Translations under genes and position numbers: made by a program
The notes under the pieces: model-generated
Databases searched by the model: none
Told to the model about the DNA's origin: nothing
Seen by the model: the letters and a program-made list of their open reading frames with translations, nothing else
NCBI GenBank assembly: GCA_963713045.1
Contig: CAVQKE010000004.1
Span: 1,152,001 to 1,216,000, forward strand
Length of the DNA stretch: 64,000 bases
Direction of reading: 5' to 3'
DNA from: an uncultured delta proteobacterium
GTDB taxonomy: Bacteria > Myxococcota > Myxococcia > Myxococcales > Myxococcaceae
Shown: positions 43,532 to 54,216 of the stretch, piece after piece
Position numbering within the stretch: the first letter of the stretch is position 1
How the letters are laid out: every line of letters starts with the position of its first letter

Positions 43532-44602
43532 ATGTCCCATCATTTCGATACCAAACTGGCGAAGGAAGATCCGAGCCTCAACCTCTGCGACTTTTACTTG
43601 TTTGACGGCCCCCCGGGCAAGACGGTAATGGCGATGACCGTGAATCCGGATGTGGGATTATCGGCTCCGGATACGCTTCATCGAGAAGGGCTCTATGCGT
43701 TCCGGTTCGACCTGAATGGAGATGCGAGGGAAGAGGTTACGTTCAAGTTCAGGTTTGGTGAACCACGACACGGAGATGGCAGTGAGGATACTCACATTCA
43801 GTCGTTTGTGGTGCGGAAGGCGACGGGTGACGATGCTCTTTGTGGTGACGCCGGAGAGAGTCTGGTTCAGGGTGAAACCGGTTCGGTCGCGACTGGTTCG
43901 GATCTTCGTGCCTATGTTGGGATTGCTCCAGAGCTATTTGCGGCAAATGCTGGATTCCGCACATTTATGACTGCTTTCTATAAGGACCAGCGCTACGATG
44001 GGGACGCCCTTCTGCATCAGCAGAATCCTTTTGCGGGCCGGAATGTCACGGCGATTGTGCTGGAGGTGCCGAGCGAACTGATTGGGCAGGGAAAAATCAA
44101 CGCATGGGCGACGATCTCCCTCTTTGGCCATGCGCCGGAGGTACAAGTCTCGCGTTGGGGCCTGCCTATGGTTACGCATCTCTTCCTGAACGACCCGAGC
44201 GATCAAGAGGTGAAAGAACAATTCAATGCGTCGGTTCCCTCTGAAGATCTGGAGCGCTTCGCGAAGTCGATCGCGGATTTTGCCGAGAAGATGACGACCT
44301 ATGCCGGTTCGGCGACGGACCCGGATGAATACGGGAAGCGGATCGCTGCACGGCTTTGTCCCGACACGTTGCCTTACGAGCTTGGAACGTGCGCCGCATT
44401 TGAGGTGGCTAGCTTCAATGGACGCGCGCTCGGCGATGATGCGATGGATGTGATGTTGACGCTCGCGACCAACACGCCAATTGTCGATGGACTTGCTCCC
44501 GACCGCGGGCGCATTCGCAAGGATTTCCCGTATTATGGAGCGCCGTATACGGCGGAGGAGCAGGTCGGGGTGACGCCGATGCCGCGCCCGGCTAAGAAGT
44601 AG
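43532..44602 (+). CDS. DUF4331-like protein
   Basis: MSHHFD...DFYLF, NVTAIVLEVP, QVSRWGLP, NGRALGDD and FPY; AGGAG RBS. Confidence 0.75.
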   Translation: MSHHFDTKLAKEDPSLNLCDFYLFDGPPGKTVMAMTVNPDVGLSAPDTLHREGLYAFRFDLNGDAREEVTFKFRFGEPRHGDGSEDTHIQSFVVRKATGDDALCGDAGESLVQGETGSVATGSDLRAYVGIAPELFAANAGFRTFMTAFYKDQRYDGDALLHQQNPFAGRNVTAIVLEVPSELIGQGKINAWATISLFGHAPEVQVSRWGLPMVTHLFLNDPSDQEVKEQFNASVPSEDLERFAKSIADFAEKMTTYAGSATDPDEYGKRIAARLCPDTLPYELGTCAAFEVASFNGRALGDDAMDVMLTLATNTPIVDGLAPDRGRIRKDFPYYGAPYTAEEQVGVTPMPRPAKK

Positions 44603-44835
44603 GGGTCAGCTCAGGAAAGGGAAATTTACGTACGCTAAGGAGCGCTTTCTCCTCGTGGACTGGAGTGCGAATGCACTCAGAAGGAACGCTCAACCTCCAT
44701 CACAAGGCAGTTGGTCTTCCAGTACTGGTTTTGCCGTAAAACGAGCTGTAATCGAGTTCTGGAGCGTTTTAGTTTAGTTGGATGATTCTAGGAACGCCTA
44801 ACCGTACGTAAATTTCCCTTTCCTGAGCTGACCCC
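44602..44835. mobile_element. Tn3-family MITE (234 bp)
   Basis: 38-bp IR GGGGTCAGCTCAGGAAAGGGAAATTTACGTACGCTAAG and its inverted copy with two mismatches; no ORF, no 5-bp TSD. Confidence 0.88.
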
Positions 44836-44900
44836 AAATCCGACTTCACACGAATGTAGGGGTAGACCCAACACTCGTGTCACCAGCCGCAAAGTAGCGG

Positions 44901-47868
44901 TCAGTTTGCCACCACCTCCGCCGTTTCAATCGCCAATCGGGTGTTCATATCCAGAAGGAAAAGCCCGTACGGATTCACGTGCCCCCAAACTAACGGCGTA
45001 AGTCCCCGCTTATCCTCCGCTGTCATCCGGTCCGCCCAAGCTGACTCGCTCAGCACACGTTGGATCATCAGCGTGTTGATGTAAACCAGACTAACTTGTA
45101 GAAGGTGCAGTGCTAGCACAGTAATCTCTTGATCCTCGACGCGATTGGTAGCGATCTCGCCGCCCCGGCCATAAAGAATGAAGTCGTTGGCACTGTTCCA
45201 GTTCTCGACCACATTGAGCCCTTCGTGGATCTCGCGTCGCAATGAAAGCAAGTGTAAATAGCGGCACAGGAACGTCGTCTTTCGTGCTTTGCCCAACTCG
45301 GCAAGCGCTTTATAGGTAGGGTGCTGCACGTTGTTTCGGGTGAAGCGACGCAGAATGTCCTCAGGTTCGGCTGTGCCCAACCGCAGAGCGGTGGCATACT
45401 TCACCATCTCATCGTATTGCCGCTCGATGAGATCCCAGTCAATCGGGCGCGTCAACACGGACTGCAAGTTTGGATACGTATCGGGTCGGCCCGTTTCGGG
45501 CCGGTAGAGCTTCTGCGCGTGGAGGGCTTTGAGTCGCGGCAGCAGATGAAAGCCGAGCAGCCGGCAAAAGGCAAAGGCCACTTCACTCTGGCCGTGGCTG
45601 TCCACATAATTTTTCTCGATTTCCATCTCGGTGCAATGCCGTAGCACGCCCTCGATCATGGCCGCCACTTCCGACGAAGAGCAGGTCTTCAATTGCGAAT
45701 AGATGCAGGTGCTCTTACGCTCGACGTGCCAATAAATCATTACGCCGCGGCCACCGTAGCGCACGTGCCACTCGGTCATCAGGTTCTGGTCCCAGGCGGC
45801 AAATTTTTTCGAGTCCGAAGCACAGGCTGTGGTCGCCTCGCCCCAGATCTCCGGCAATCGGACGCGGAAGGTGGCATTGACAACACGAGTAATCGCCTCG
45901 CGTATGTGCTCCTTGGTAATGAAGCGTCGCCGGACATAGAGTAGGTCTTTGTAACGCGTATCCTGCTGGCCTGCGCTCATCCGCTTCAACCCAGTGTTTG
46001 TACCAAGCCCGTGCAAGCTCAGAAGGAGCCGCTCTCGCAGGATGTCGCGATCCAGGTTCTCGTACGCCGTGGGACTCCGGAAGACCTCCGTGAAGCCAAC
46101 TCGCAACTCGGTCTCCTTCAGAATATCGAGTAGGCTGGTCATCGGCCATCGTTGCCCGAGTTCTGTTTTGAGCGCTGTCAGGCCGACAGGTTCCGGTTGA
46201 GCCTCCAACGGTGAAAGCGAGATCCAGCCGTTTCCCTTTTCCAGAATCTTCACATGGGGATTCTTAGGCAGACCTCGGTTGAGCGTTTCCAGTGCTTCTT
46301 CCATCTCCTGTCGCACACCTGATGTGAAGGATTTCGCATCTTGCGGAAGTCGGAGCGCTTCGTAGTAGGCGCCACGCCGAATTTCGAAGTCCGCCGGAAG
46401 GTCCTCGTCGGGGTTGCGATACCGGTTGGCGCCGACCACCCAGATCTCTTTGCAACGCAATTGCTCGCGGAGGGCTTCGAGCGCGCAGATCTCATAGGTG
46501 ATGCGGTTAACGCGCGGAATGCCGTCCTTGTCTTTTTCCTGAATGGCCTCCTGCCAAAGTCCCCGAACGACGCCGTCGATGGGTATGTCTTCTTGCGGCG
46601 GAAAGGTCCGTATTTTGCTGTCAACATACTTCTTCAGCAATTCCAAAGCACGGATTACCGGGCGGTGCTGCTCATTGTTAGAGCGAAATTCCAACGTGGT
46701 CAGCAAGGGTGGCAATATCCGGCGAAAGTGGGAACGATAAGAGTTGCGAATCACCGCGCGGAGTTGTTGCCGATATACAGGTCCGGTTGCCTTCCATTCT
46801 CTAACCAGATCGCGCAAGGTCTGCTCATCGACCACGGGAAAGACGACTTCTCGCACAATGCCGTCGGGATGCTCCAGAGTGGCTTCTGCTAACTGAAATA
46901 AGAGATTGTTCTTGCCGGCCACGCGCTTGAGATCCTCGATCAGTTCGCGTTCGATGCGTTCCTCCGCCTTGGCGCCAATGCGGTGCACGGTGTCGATCAG
47001 CAAGTCGACAAGGTTGTCGGTAATTTCTTGGCCTCGCAAATGACAGTAGGCAGCCAGCAGTGTAGCCCGTAATGCAAGAGGGTGCCGTCGCAGCTCGTAT
47101 GGTTCTTCCGCGGACATCCTTTGGCGATAGCTTTTCAAAACTGTCGGCGACAAGGCTGCGAACAGATCTAGGGGCAGGAGCAAGGCGCGGACCTGTTCCA
47201 ATTTGGCGATCTCCGCGAGGACGGTCTCCAGACTGGCGCGGCCGGGATCGGCCCGAAGTTCCTGCAGCAAGCTGCGACCTGGCTCTTGGCCTTTCTCGTA
47301 AGATAACTGCTCCGAGGGTAGCAATAGAGCATCCAGTCGTGCCTGCGTACCAACCGGCAGGCGCGTTAGCAACGCCTCGCAAAACCTTTCCTCATGCTGG
47401 TGAATGGCAGAGCGGACGAGCCGGTCGATGCGGTCCTGGGTGGGCGGCTCGATGTGCAATGACCGGCACCGCTCCATCAAGGTGGCTTTCAGCCGATCCA
47501 TCTGACGATCCTGGTTCAGCACGTGTTCGCTCAGCCATGCTGCCAGCGCTTCGCCATCCTCGACGCTCGCCTCGCGAAAACCCAGGAGCGAACGGATCTG
47601 AGCGCGATGGTACTCAATGGAACGGCCTTGCCACTCATATTGAAGCCATTCGGCAGCGAGCACACCGACTTGGCGGGCGACGTATTCGACGGCGCGCTCT
47701 GGGACCTCTTGCGCATGCCGGGGAAAGCGGCCCCCGGCTTGGAAGAATTTTAGCAGAACGGCGAAACCCAGCCGAGTAGCGCCAGTCTTGTTGCCAAGAA
47801 ATTCCCTCTCGGTGGGCAGCAGGCTCCACTGCGCCGCCAACTCCTACAGTCGACCAATCATGCTTCAT
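44901..47868 (-). CDS. tnpA: Tn3-family transposase (1-nt frameshift near the start, ~47845)
   Basis: [42 protein letters not shown] and HVNPYG. Confidence 0.95.
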
Positions 47869-47987
47869 CGAGGTGCGACCTTCCTTTTCGTTCTTGAAAC
47901 GGCGGATTGCGGGATGGGAACGCGCAGTATATCATTTCGCAGAATGGCTGAAAGGCGAAGTTAAGGCGGGCGAAAAGGCCCAATTCC

Positions 47988-48290
47988 ATGCCAAAGCAGG
48001 CGCGAAAGCGGACTCATTTCCTATCCGCGAACAAAAAGACGAAATCAGGTATCGTTTCCAAGATGGTCCGCCTGGCACGCAAAGAGCGCTTGAACTACGA
48101 CGACTTCCTTTACGTCTGCGAGCAGGTGCGCAAGAAGCAGGAGGGACTGCGGCGGCCCAAAAGGCAGCATAAGCTGCCGCAACTCCTTCCGGCGACTGTG
48201 CTGGCATTCTCGCCCCTGCGCGTGCAGCAAATTGTGCATCAGTATCGTCAACGGGCAGGTATTGCCCAACCTGTGCATCCGCATCTATTC
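47988..48290 (+). pseudogene. Tyrosine recombinase with internal and 3' deletions
   Basis: N-terminal part ...KLPQLL joined directly to RVQQIVHQYRQRAGIAQPVHPHLF; catalytic Arg/Tyr regions missing. Confidence 0.7.
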
Positions 48291-48319
48291 TGTCTCTCTC
48301 AACATTTGAGGTGCGCTAG

Positions 48320-48895
48320 ATGGCTTTGACTGTGTATCAACTAAAGGTAGTCCTGCGAGACGTTAAGCCAGCAGTTTGGCGACGCGTCTTGGTTCCGGGT
48401 GACGCGACCATCAGGACACTTCACGAAACCGTGCAGGTGGCCATGGGTTGGGCAAATTGCCATCTGCACCAGTTTATCATTCACGGAAAGGAGTATGGTG
48501 TCGCTTACGAGGGCGGCATCAGCTTCGCCGATAATCCCGATAAGGTCAGACTCTCGGACTTTCGCTTCCAACCTCACGAAGGGTTCGAATACGTGTATGA
48601 TCTCGGCGACAACTGGGAGCATGACATTCGAGTAGAGAAAATCCTCGCATGGGACCCAGCGCGAGCATACCCGGTTTGCATTGGTGGAGCGCAGCCTTGT
48701 CCGCCAGAAGATTCCGGAGGCCCTTGGCTCTATATGTCTCTGCGGCGCACGAGAAAACCTCATAGAGGACATCGGAAAACGCGTTCACCTGGCAAGGCCA
48801 ATGATACTGAGGATCAGTTCGACGCGGACAGTGTCAACTTCCTCCTCCGTGATCTTCAGAGTGGCTGGCTGAGCAGGTTTGATGAGACCAAATGA
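48320..48895 (+). CDS. pRiA4b ORF-3 family protein
   Basis: VWRRVLVPG, MGWANCHLHQF, YVYDLGDNWEH and CPPEDSGGP. Confidence 0.92.
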   Translation: MALTVYQLKVVLRDVKPAVWRRVLVPGDATIRTLHETVQVAMGWANCHLHQFIIHGKEYGVAYEGGISFADNPDKVRLSDFRFQPHEGFEYVYDLGDNWEHDIRVEKILAWDPARAYPVCIGGAQPCPPEDSGGPWLYMSLRRTRKPHRGHRKTRSPGKANDTEDQFDADSVNFLLRDLQSGWLSRFDETK

Positions 48896-49420
48896 CACCT
48901 CCGCCCCAGGGCTTTTACTCTTCCTCGCCCTCTCGGGTGTCTTGGTACCGCACAATCGTTCTTCATCTGCAATCGATACAAAACTGACGCTTCACTCGAA
49001 AATCGAGGGAGTATGAAACGGTTTTCTGCAAGGTCGCGGATGGAAAGGCGCGCTGTCCATCGGAGTGAGTGATCGATCCTGTTCAAAAAAATGGACCCAG
49101 GAAGCTTGCCTCCAGCGGGGCTTTTTGCTCTCCATCTACAGGTATGAATCAAATGGGAGAGACTCGGTTCCGGAACTTTCTGGCGGATCAGCAGCTTCAC
49201 CATCCGAGCTCGATTCATGCCCGTGTTGTGCGAAGAGACGCTGCCTTGGTCATTGTGGTTGAGGTTTGAGCTCGAGGAGCGCGACCGCCTGCTGCTGGCT
49301 GTCTTACAGTTTCTCAGGCCGATAACCACCGCCGCTGCCTCGGATTCCAGGAAGGCTGCTTTCGCACGTCTGCGATAGTCGGCTATTGACGGGCTATCGG
49401 CTCAAGCATCAAACTAACCC

Positions 49421-49702
49421 ATGTCGCTACGTGATGTTTGCTATGCCCTTAATGTCTCGCTCGCAGCGTATCCTTACGACCATCAAGTCGTCGTGGAGGA
49501 GTTTCTTAAAGAAATGCATTGGCATCGCAAGCACGGGAACCTCAACGAACGCGAACAACGCGTAACAGATCGGCTAGTTGAACTGGCCGGGATATATCTA
49601 GCCTCCGCTACAGCGGCGAGATTAGCGGAGTTGCAAAGTGCTGCGGAAACAACCGAAAAGTTTTGTGATGGACGACTTTCCGGTAAGGCCGACAAAGAGT
49701 AA
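49421..49702 (+). CDS. Hypothetical protein
   Basis: ATG-start helical ORF; no recognisable motif. Confidence 0.4.
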   Translation: MSLRDVCYALNVSLAAYPYDHQVVVEEFLKEMHWHRKHGNLNEREQRVTDRLVELAGIYLASATAARLAELQSAAETTEKFCDGRLSGKADKE

Positions 49703-49741
49703 CGGTCGAAGAGGGTAAGATTGTGATCCGATGAACGATCC

Positions 49742-50038
49742 TTACCGGTGTCGAATTTCACAGTAATCCCACTTTGCGCATCTGACCGTGCCTACTTTGC
49801 GGCTGGTGACACGAGTGTTGGGTTTACCCCTATTTCGATCTTTTGCGGTTGCCTGTCGGACCGCCAGAACTGGAGACGCGTGTTCGCAAAAGAAAAGAAT
49901 AACCGCATTTACCAGAATGCCAACAAACACCATCTCGACCTTAAAAACAAATATTTTCTTCTCCTCCGCGCTTTCGGCGTCCGGGGTATCGCTCTCGCCA
50001 ACAAAAAATCTATGGAATACATGTCCAATGGTTCTCAT
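49742..50038 (-). CDS. Hypothetical membrane protein
   Basis: GAGGA upstream, one hydrophobic segment; follows the reconstructed XRE gene end. Confidence 0.35.
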   Translation of the reverse strand: MRTIGHVFHRFFVGESDTPDAESAEEKKIFVFKVEMVFVGILVNAVILFFCEHASPVLAVRQATAKDRNRGKPNTRVTSRKVGTVRCAKWDYCEIRHR

Positions 50039-50130
50039 GGACCAGGATCAGTCCTCGTTAGTTAGCCTCCCAAACTGTGAACAGTTTTACTGCAGGTAAG
50101 AAACTGTGGATTTGGTGTGGCCGCGCTGAG

Positions 50131-50335
50131 ATTGTAGCTGCGATTTGAGATCGGAAGCTATGACCGAGCGCCCATTGGAGCAGATGCCCGATAGTTAGCC
50201 TGGTTCTGAGTTTTTTCGGTTACTGCATTAGTGACATTGGGCCGGGCCCTTTGACAACCCGACCCAATGATCCTGTTTAGGAGATTTCCCAGATCTGACC
50301 GACTCGGCCGATCTCGAATCACTGAACTTCAAACT
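50131..50335 (+). ncRNA. Candidate IS110 bridge RNA
   Basis: Non-coding left end with stems 50142-54/50308-20 and 50235-46/50258-69; TTAGGAGATT (50277-86) equals the predicted circle junction. Confidence 0.6.
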
Positions 50336-50345
50336 GGAGCAAGAT

Positions 50346-51722
50346 ATGCCGAAGAAATCATCAAATAAAGCCAAAAGCCAGCGCAGCCGAGAGCGGGCTT
50401 TACTGCAGAAAGTGCACCTCAACGCTGCCGGAATCGACGTCGGAGCCGATGCCCATTGGGTGGCGGTGCCTGAGGATCGGGATGGATATCCGGTGCGTAG
50501 CTTCGGGGTATTTACCCGCGATCTGATCGCGCTGTGCGACTGGCTCAAAAGATGCCAAGTCGAGACGATTGTCATGGAATCGACAGGAGTTTATTGGATT
50601 CCCCTTTATCAAATGCTGGAGCGAAAAGGCTTTGAGGTTCGCCTAGTCAACGCTCACCAGGTCAAGAATGTTCCGGGACGCAAGACGGATGTCAAAGACT
50701 GCCAATGGCTGCAACAACTCCACACTTTCGGAATGCTGGGAGGCTCGTTTCGTCCACAGGCCCAGATGTGTGTGGTGCGCAGCTACCTCCGCCTGCGAGA
50801 TACTCTGAGCAAGGATTGCAACAGTCTGGTGCAACGCATGCAGAAGGCTTTGACAGAGATGAACGTCCAACTCCACCGAGTCATCAGTGACATTACCGGG
50901 GTGACTGGAATGAGTATTTTGCGGGCTATCCTTGCCGGCGAACGGGACTGCCTCAAGCTGGCCCAGCTTAAGCATCCCCAAATCAAGAGCAGCGCCCAAG
51001 ACATTGCCAAAGCGTTGGAAGGTGATTATTGCCAGGAACACCTCTTTGCCCTGGAGACGGCGCTGGAACTTTACGACAGCTATCAGCTCAAAATCATGGC
51101 GTGCGATCGACACGTCCAAGACGCCCTCAGTGCTTTTGAACCTAAAGCGAGCGCGCCAGTGCCGGACTTGAACCGGATGCGCTCTGCTGAAAAGCGGCAA
51201 GAAGCACTCCGGCGTCATCACCTTGAGGAAATGACAGGGGCTGACCTGACGAAGTTACCCGGGCTGGACTTGTTGGCAGTCGAAAGGATTCTCTCCGAAA
51301 TCGGTCTCGATATGAGCCGTTGGCCCAGCGAAAAGCATTTTTGCGCTTGGCTCAATGTCGCTCCTAACAATCGCATTAGTGGAGGCAAAATCCTTTCCAG
51401 TAAACCGCGCAAAAATGCCAATCGCGCGGCGGCGGCCCTGCGCCTGGCTGCTCAAAGCGCTATGCAAAGTAAAACTGCCATCGGTGCTTTTATCCGACGC
51501 ATTAAAATCCGTCTTGGAGCACCGACGGCCATCAATGCCGGGGCTCACAAACTCGCCCGCTTGGTGTATCGTATGCTCAAGTTTGGCAAGGCTTACGTCG
51601 AAACCGGCCAGGAAGCTTATGAAAAGCTCTTCAAAGACCGTACGCTCCGCAATCTCCAGCGCAAGGCCCGCGAACTTGGATTCCAAGTCACTCCCATAAC
51701 CGCCGCCGTTCTAGTTTCTTAG
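50346..51722 (+). CDS. IS110-family recombinase/transposase
   Basis: DEDD motifs AGIDVG, MESTGVYW and KTDVKD; Tnp domain APNNRISGGK with conserved Ser. Confidence 0.95.
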   Translation: MPKKSSNKAKSQRSRERALLQKVHLNAAGIDVGADAHWVAVPEDRDGYPVRSFGVFTRDLIALCDWLKRCQVETIVMESTGVYWIPLYQMLERKGFEVRLVNAHQVKNVPGRKTDVKDCQWLQQLHTFGMLGGSFRPQAQMCVVRSYLRLRDTLSKDCNSLVQRMQKALTEMNVQLHRVISDITGVTGMSILRAILAGERDCLKLAQLKHPQIKSSAQDIAKALEGDYCQEHLFALETALELYDSYQLKIMACDRHVQDALSAFEPKASAPVPDLNRMRSAEKRQEALRRHHLEEMTGADLTKLPGLDLLAVERILSEIGLDMSRWPSEKHFCAWLNVAPNNRISGGKILSSKPRKNANRAAAALRLAAQSAMQSKTAIGAFIRRIKIRLGAPTAINAGAHKLARLVYRMLKFGKAYVETGQEAYEKLFKDRTLRNLQRKARELGFQVTPITAAVLVS

Positions 51723-52299
51723 GAGCTTGCGTTGCCATTGCAGCTAGGAGACCTCTGTAGTCGGCTGGGCTAGCTTCCAATGCCGACAGCGCCCAATAAA
51801 CCCTCTGCACGGCTTCGAGATACTCTGCGGTCAACTCAAGTTTGCCCGACTCCGCTCTTTCCAGGATGTCCTCAGGCAGTCCAGATATACGAGACAACTC
51901 GCCGACGCTAATCTGCTTCTCTTCACGAATCTGCGTCATTGGAGAGCCGAAGTTAGGATACGGCTTGCTTAGGCGTTGATCTACGATGCGTCTGTAATCG
52001 GCATCGCTGGCTTGATCCGTTAACAAAGTCCAGTAAACGTCCCGCAGATCATTAAATTCTTTGTCTGTCATTTCAAACCTGCCCGACTCGGCTTCTCCCA
52101 GCGTATCCTCACGCACACCCGATAGAACAGAGAGACCTTGAATCGTAAGCCCCCTCTTCTTACGAATTTGTCTCAAGATGGAGCCGAATCTGAGGTATAA
52201 CTTACTTAGGCGTTCAGGATCATTTCTCTCTGCGGATCGTACCTGGCTCAATGTATCCGCGAAGGCTAGGGGTAGTATTTTAGCGATTTTTAATCTCAT
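51688..52299 (-). CDS. Tandem XRE-family HTH protein, C-terminus replaced by IS110 sequence
   Basis: Two HTH repeats: LRQIRKKRGLTIQGLS...AESG and QIREEKQISVGELS...AESG. Confidence 0.85.
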   Translation of the reverse strand: MRLKIAKILPLAFADTLSQVRSAERNDPERLSKLYLRFGSILRQIRKKRGLTIQGLSVLSGVREDTLGEAESGRFEMTDKEFNDLRDVYWTLLTDQASDADYRRIVDQRLSKPYPNFGSPMTQIREEKQISVGELSRISGLPEDILERAESGKLELTAEYLEAVQRVYWALSALEASPADYRGLLAAMATQAPKKLERRRLWE

Positions 52300-52319
52300 T
52301 ATGATATTTCATGTCGATT

Positions 52320-53261
52320 GTTTACGGCGCTCGCGACAGTCAAGCCGTGATCATTTGCGACTACCTTTTCGGCTTTCATTGCCGCCAGAGTTGTTCCTCG
52401 CGAGCCCACTGGGCTGCCTGACCGTCTTGGCCGCAGAGGTCGGAGATTTTTCGCCGCAGGGTTTTGACCTCCGGTAGCCGATCCAAGCCCAATAGTTTGC
52501 CCCACTCGCCGGGAGACAGGTAACGGCTCTGCTCCAGCGAACGGCAACGCACCAGCGCCAGCAGAGCCAAGGCCAAAAAGATCGACTCCAACGGGTAGAA
52601 TCCCGGTCGCAGCCTGTAAAAGGCGCGCGTGTGGCGCAAGAGCCCTTCAGCCAAAAGAGCCGGCAACGCGCACAAAACCCCGCCATTGGGCACATCATCG
52701 GCAGCAACGAACTCCAATTCCGCGCTGGTCAATAACCCGCAGGAGGCCAGTACCCGCTCCAGCGGCCGCGTCGTGCCATAACCCATCTCGGCTTGGCTAT
52801 CGGCCAACGAACGATCACTAAGCGTGCTCGCCTCGGACCTCTCTCCATCGCGCAGCCCTGCCCCGACTTGCCCACCACCGACCCGAGCCCTCTCTTTAAT
52901 GGCCGCAGCAGACGAGACGCCGCGCTCTAGTGCGCAGCCTTGAGCTGACTCGGCACTATCTACTGCGCTCCCGTTTTTTTTACTGCCGGCAGACGTCCCG
53001 CATTGATCGCCTTGCGCAAGGTATCCGACAGTACCCCCGTCTGCGCACTGACCACCGGCAGCGGATGACCCTGCACCAATAAAGCGCGGGCTTGCTCGAG
53101 TTTTTCTGCATTGAGCTTCGAGCCTTCACGACGCCGTGCAGGCACGAAAAAGCTTGCTGGCCCTCGTTCACGATAGAGCTTGGTGGCCCGCCTAATGGCC
53201 ACCAACGGCACACCGAAGGCCTCCTGGCGTGCCGTTACCCACTCACCGGCCGGCAACGTCT
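52320..53261 (-). pseudogene. Degenerate transposase (HTH part, A8 slippery tract, catalytic N-part)
   Basis: GYGTTRPLERVLA...VPNGGVLCALPALL...GEWGKLLGLDRLPEVKTLRRK; truncated at both ends. Confidence 0.6.
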
Positions 53262-53558
53262 TTATCGCAGCTCTCTGATGAGCCGCTCGTAGTTGTCGTG
53301 TGACCCGATCCAAAACCAGATCACAATGTCGTTCGCCAGCACGCCAAGAACGCGGCAGTCACGCGTGACGCGAGCCGAGCAAAGCTGGTTGCCGTCGGCA
53401 AGCCGTTTGATCGCCTTGAATTTGACGCTTGCCGGATCGGCAACGAACAGTCGATAGCTTTCCCTCGCTTTCGCTCTTATGCCGGGCGGTAGATGTCGAT
53501 ACGTGTCGAAAAATTTCGAGCTGAGAGCCGAACCGAGTTTCACGGGAGCTGGATGCAC
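53262..53558 (-). CDS. RelE/ParE-like (HigB-like) toxin
   Basis: FFDTYRHLP...SARVTRDCRVLG...IWFWIGSHDNYERL. Confidence 0.8.
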   Translation of the reverse strand: MHPAPVKLGSALSSKFFDTYRHLPPGIRAKARESYRLFVADPASVKFKAIKRLADGNQLCSARVTRDCRVLGVLANDIVIWFWIGSHDNYERLIRELR

Positions 53559-53737
53559 TTCCCTTCGCGATAATCGCGCAGCGCTTCTTCCGCCAGTTGA
53601 TCCAATTTCCCGGCGTCGGCGTCGGCTTCAATCTGTCGGTCCCATGCCTGTTCCCGCGCCTCCACGAGTTCTTCAAACTCTTTATCGGACAGGTGCACGA
53701 CAACGTCTTTGAGTTGCTCCAGTGTAATTGCGGCCAT
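53540..53737 (-). CDS. Cognate antitoxin
   Basis: Acidic small protein WDRQIEADADAGKLDQLAEEALRDYREG overlapping the toxin start. Confidence 0.8.
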   Translation of the reverse strand: MAAITLEQLKDVVVHLSDKEFEELVEAREQAWDRQIEADADAGKLDQLAEEALRDYREGKCIQLP

Positions 53738-54216
53738 TGTTATTTGTTTTGATTTTACCACGCTTTTCGCCCGTCATCGAGCGTTCAGACTGGCATCCAC
53801 GCTTAGGTTTTGGGCCATAATCCGCTTGGTGCATCACGTTCTCCAGAGCAGACGTCCTTGTGTTGCTCATCCGATAATGCGCAAAGCATTTGATGATGAT
53901 GCAATTACCTAATTACCAGTATCTTACGCAGAAATACGAATGACGATAACCGGTCGGAACGCAGGTTATGCAGGACAATGGATTAGGCGAGGCTAAATGT
54001 GTTTGCGTGTTACTTTCCAAATCATTTGGCTTCTTTTTTCCCGCTCTATTCGGCGTGACACGAGTCGTGCCGGCCAGATCTCCCGCGGCAAATGCTGGGC
54101 GCCATCCCATTCCAATGCGTCAAATAGCGTGGAAAATCGCACGCCATTAACGTGGAAATTCACTCTTATGAGACATGAATCTAAGTATTGTACGTGCTTT
54201 CACCGGGTCTGTGATT

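Larger units (their letters stand above)
50128..51725 (+). mobile_element. IS110-family element bounded by a repeated GAG core
   Basis: GAG at 50128-50130 and 51723-51725; excision restores an in-frame XRE C-terminus; junction sequence recurs in the leader. Confidence 0.7.
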
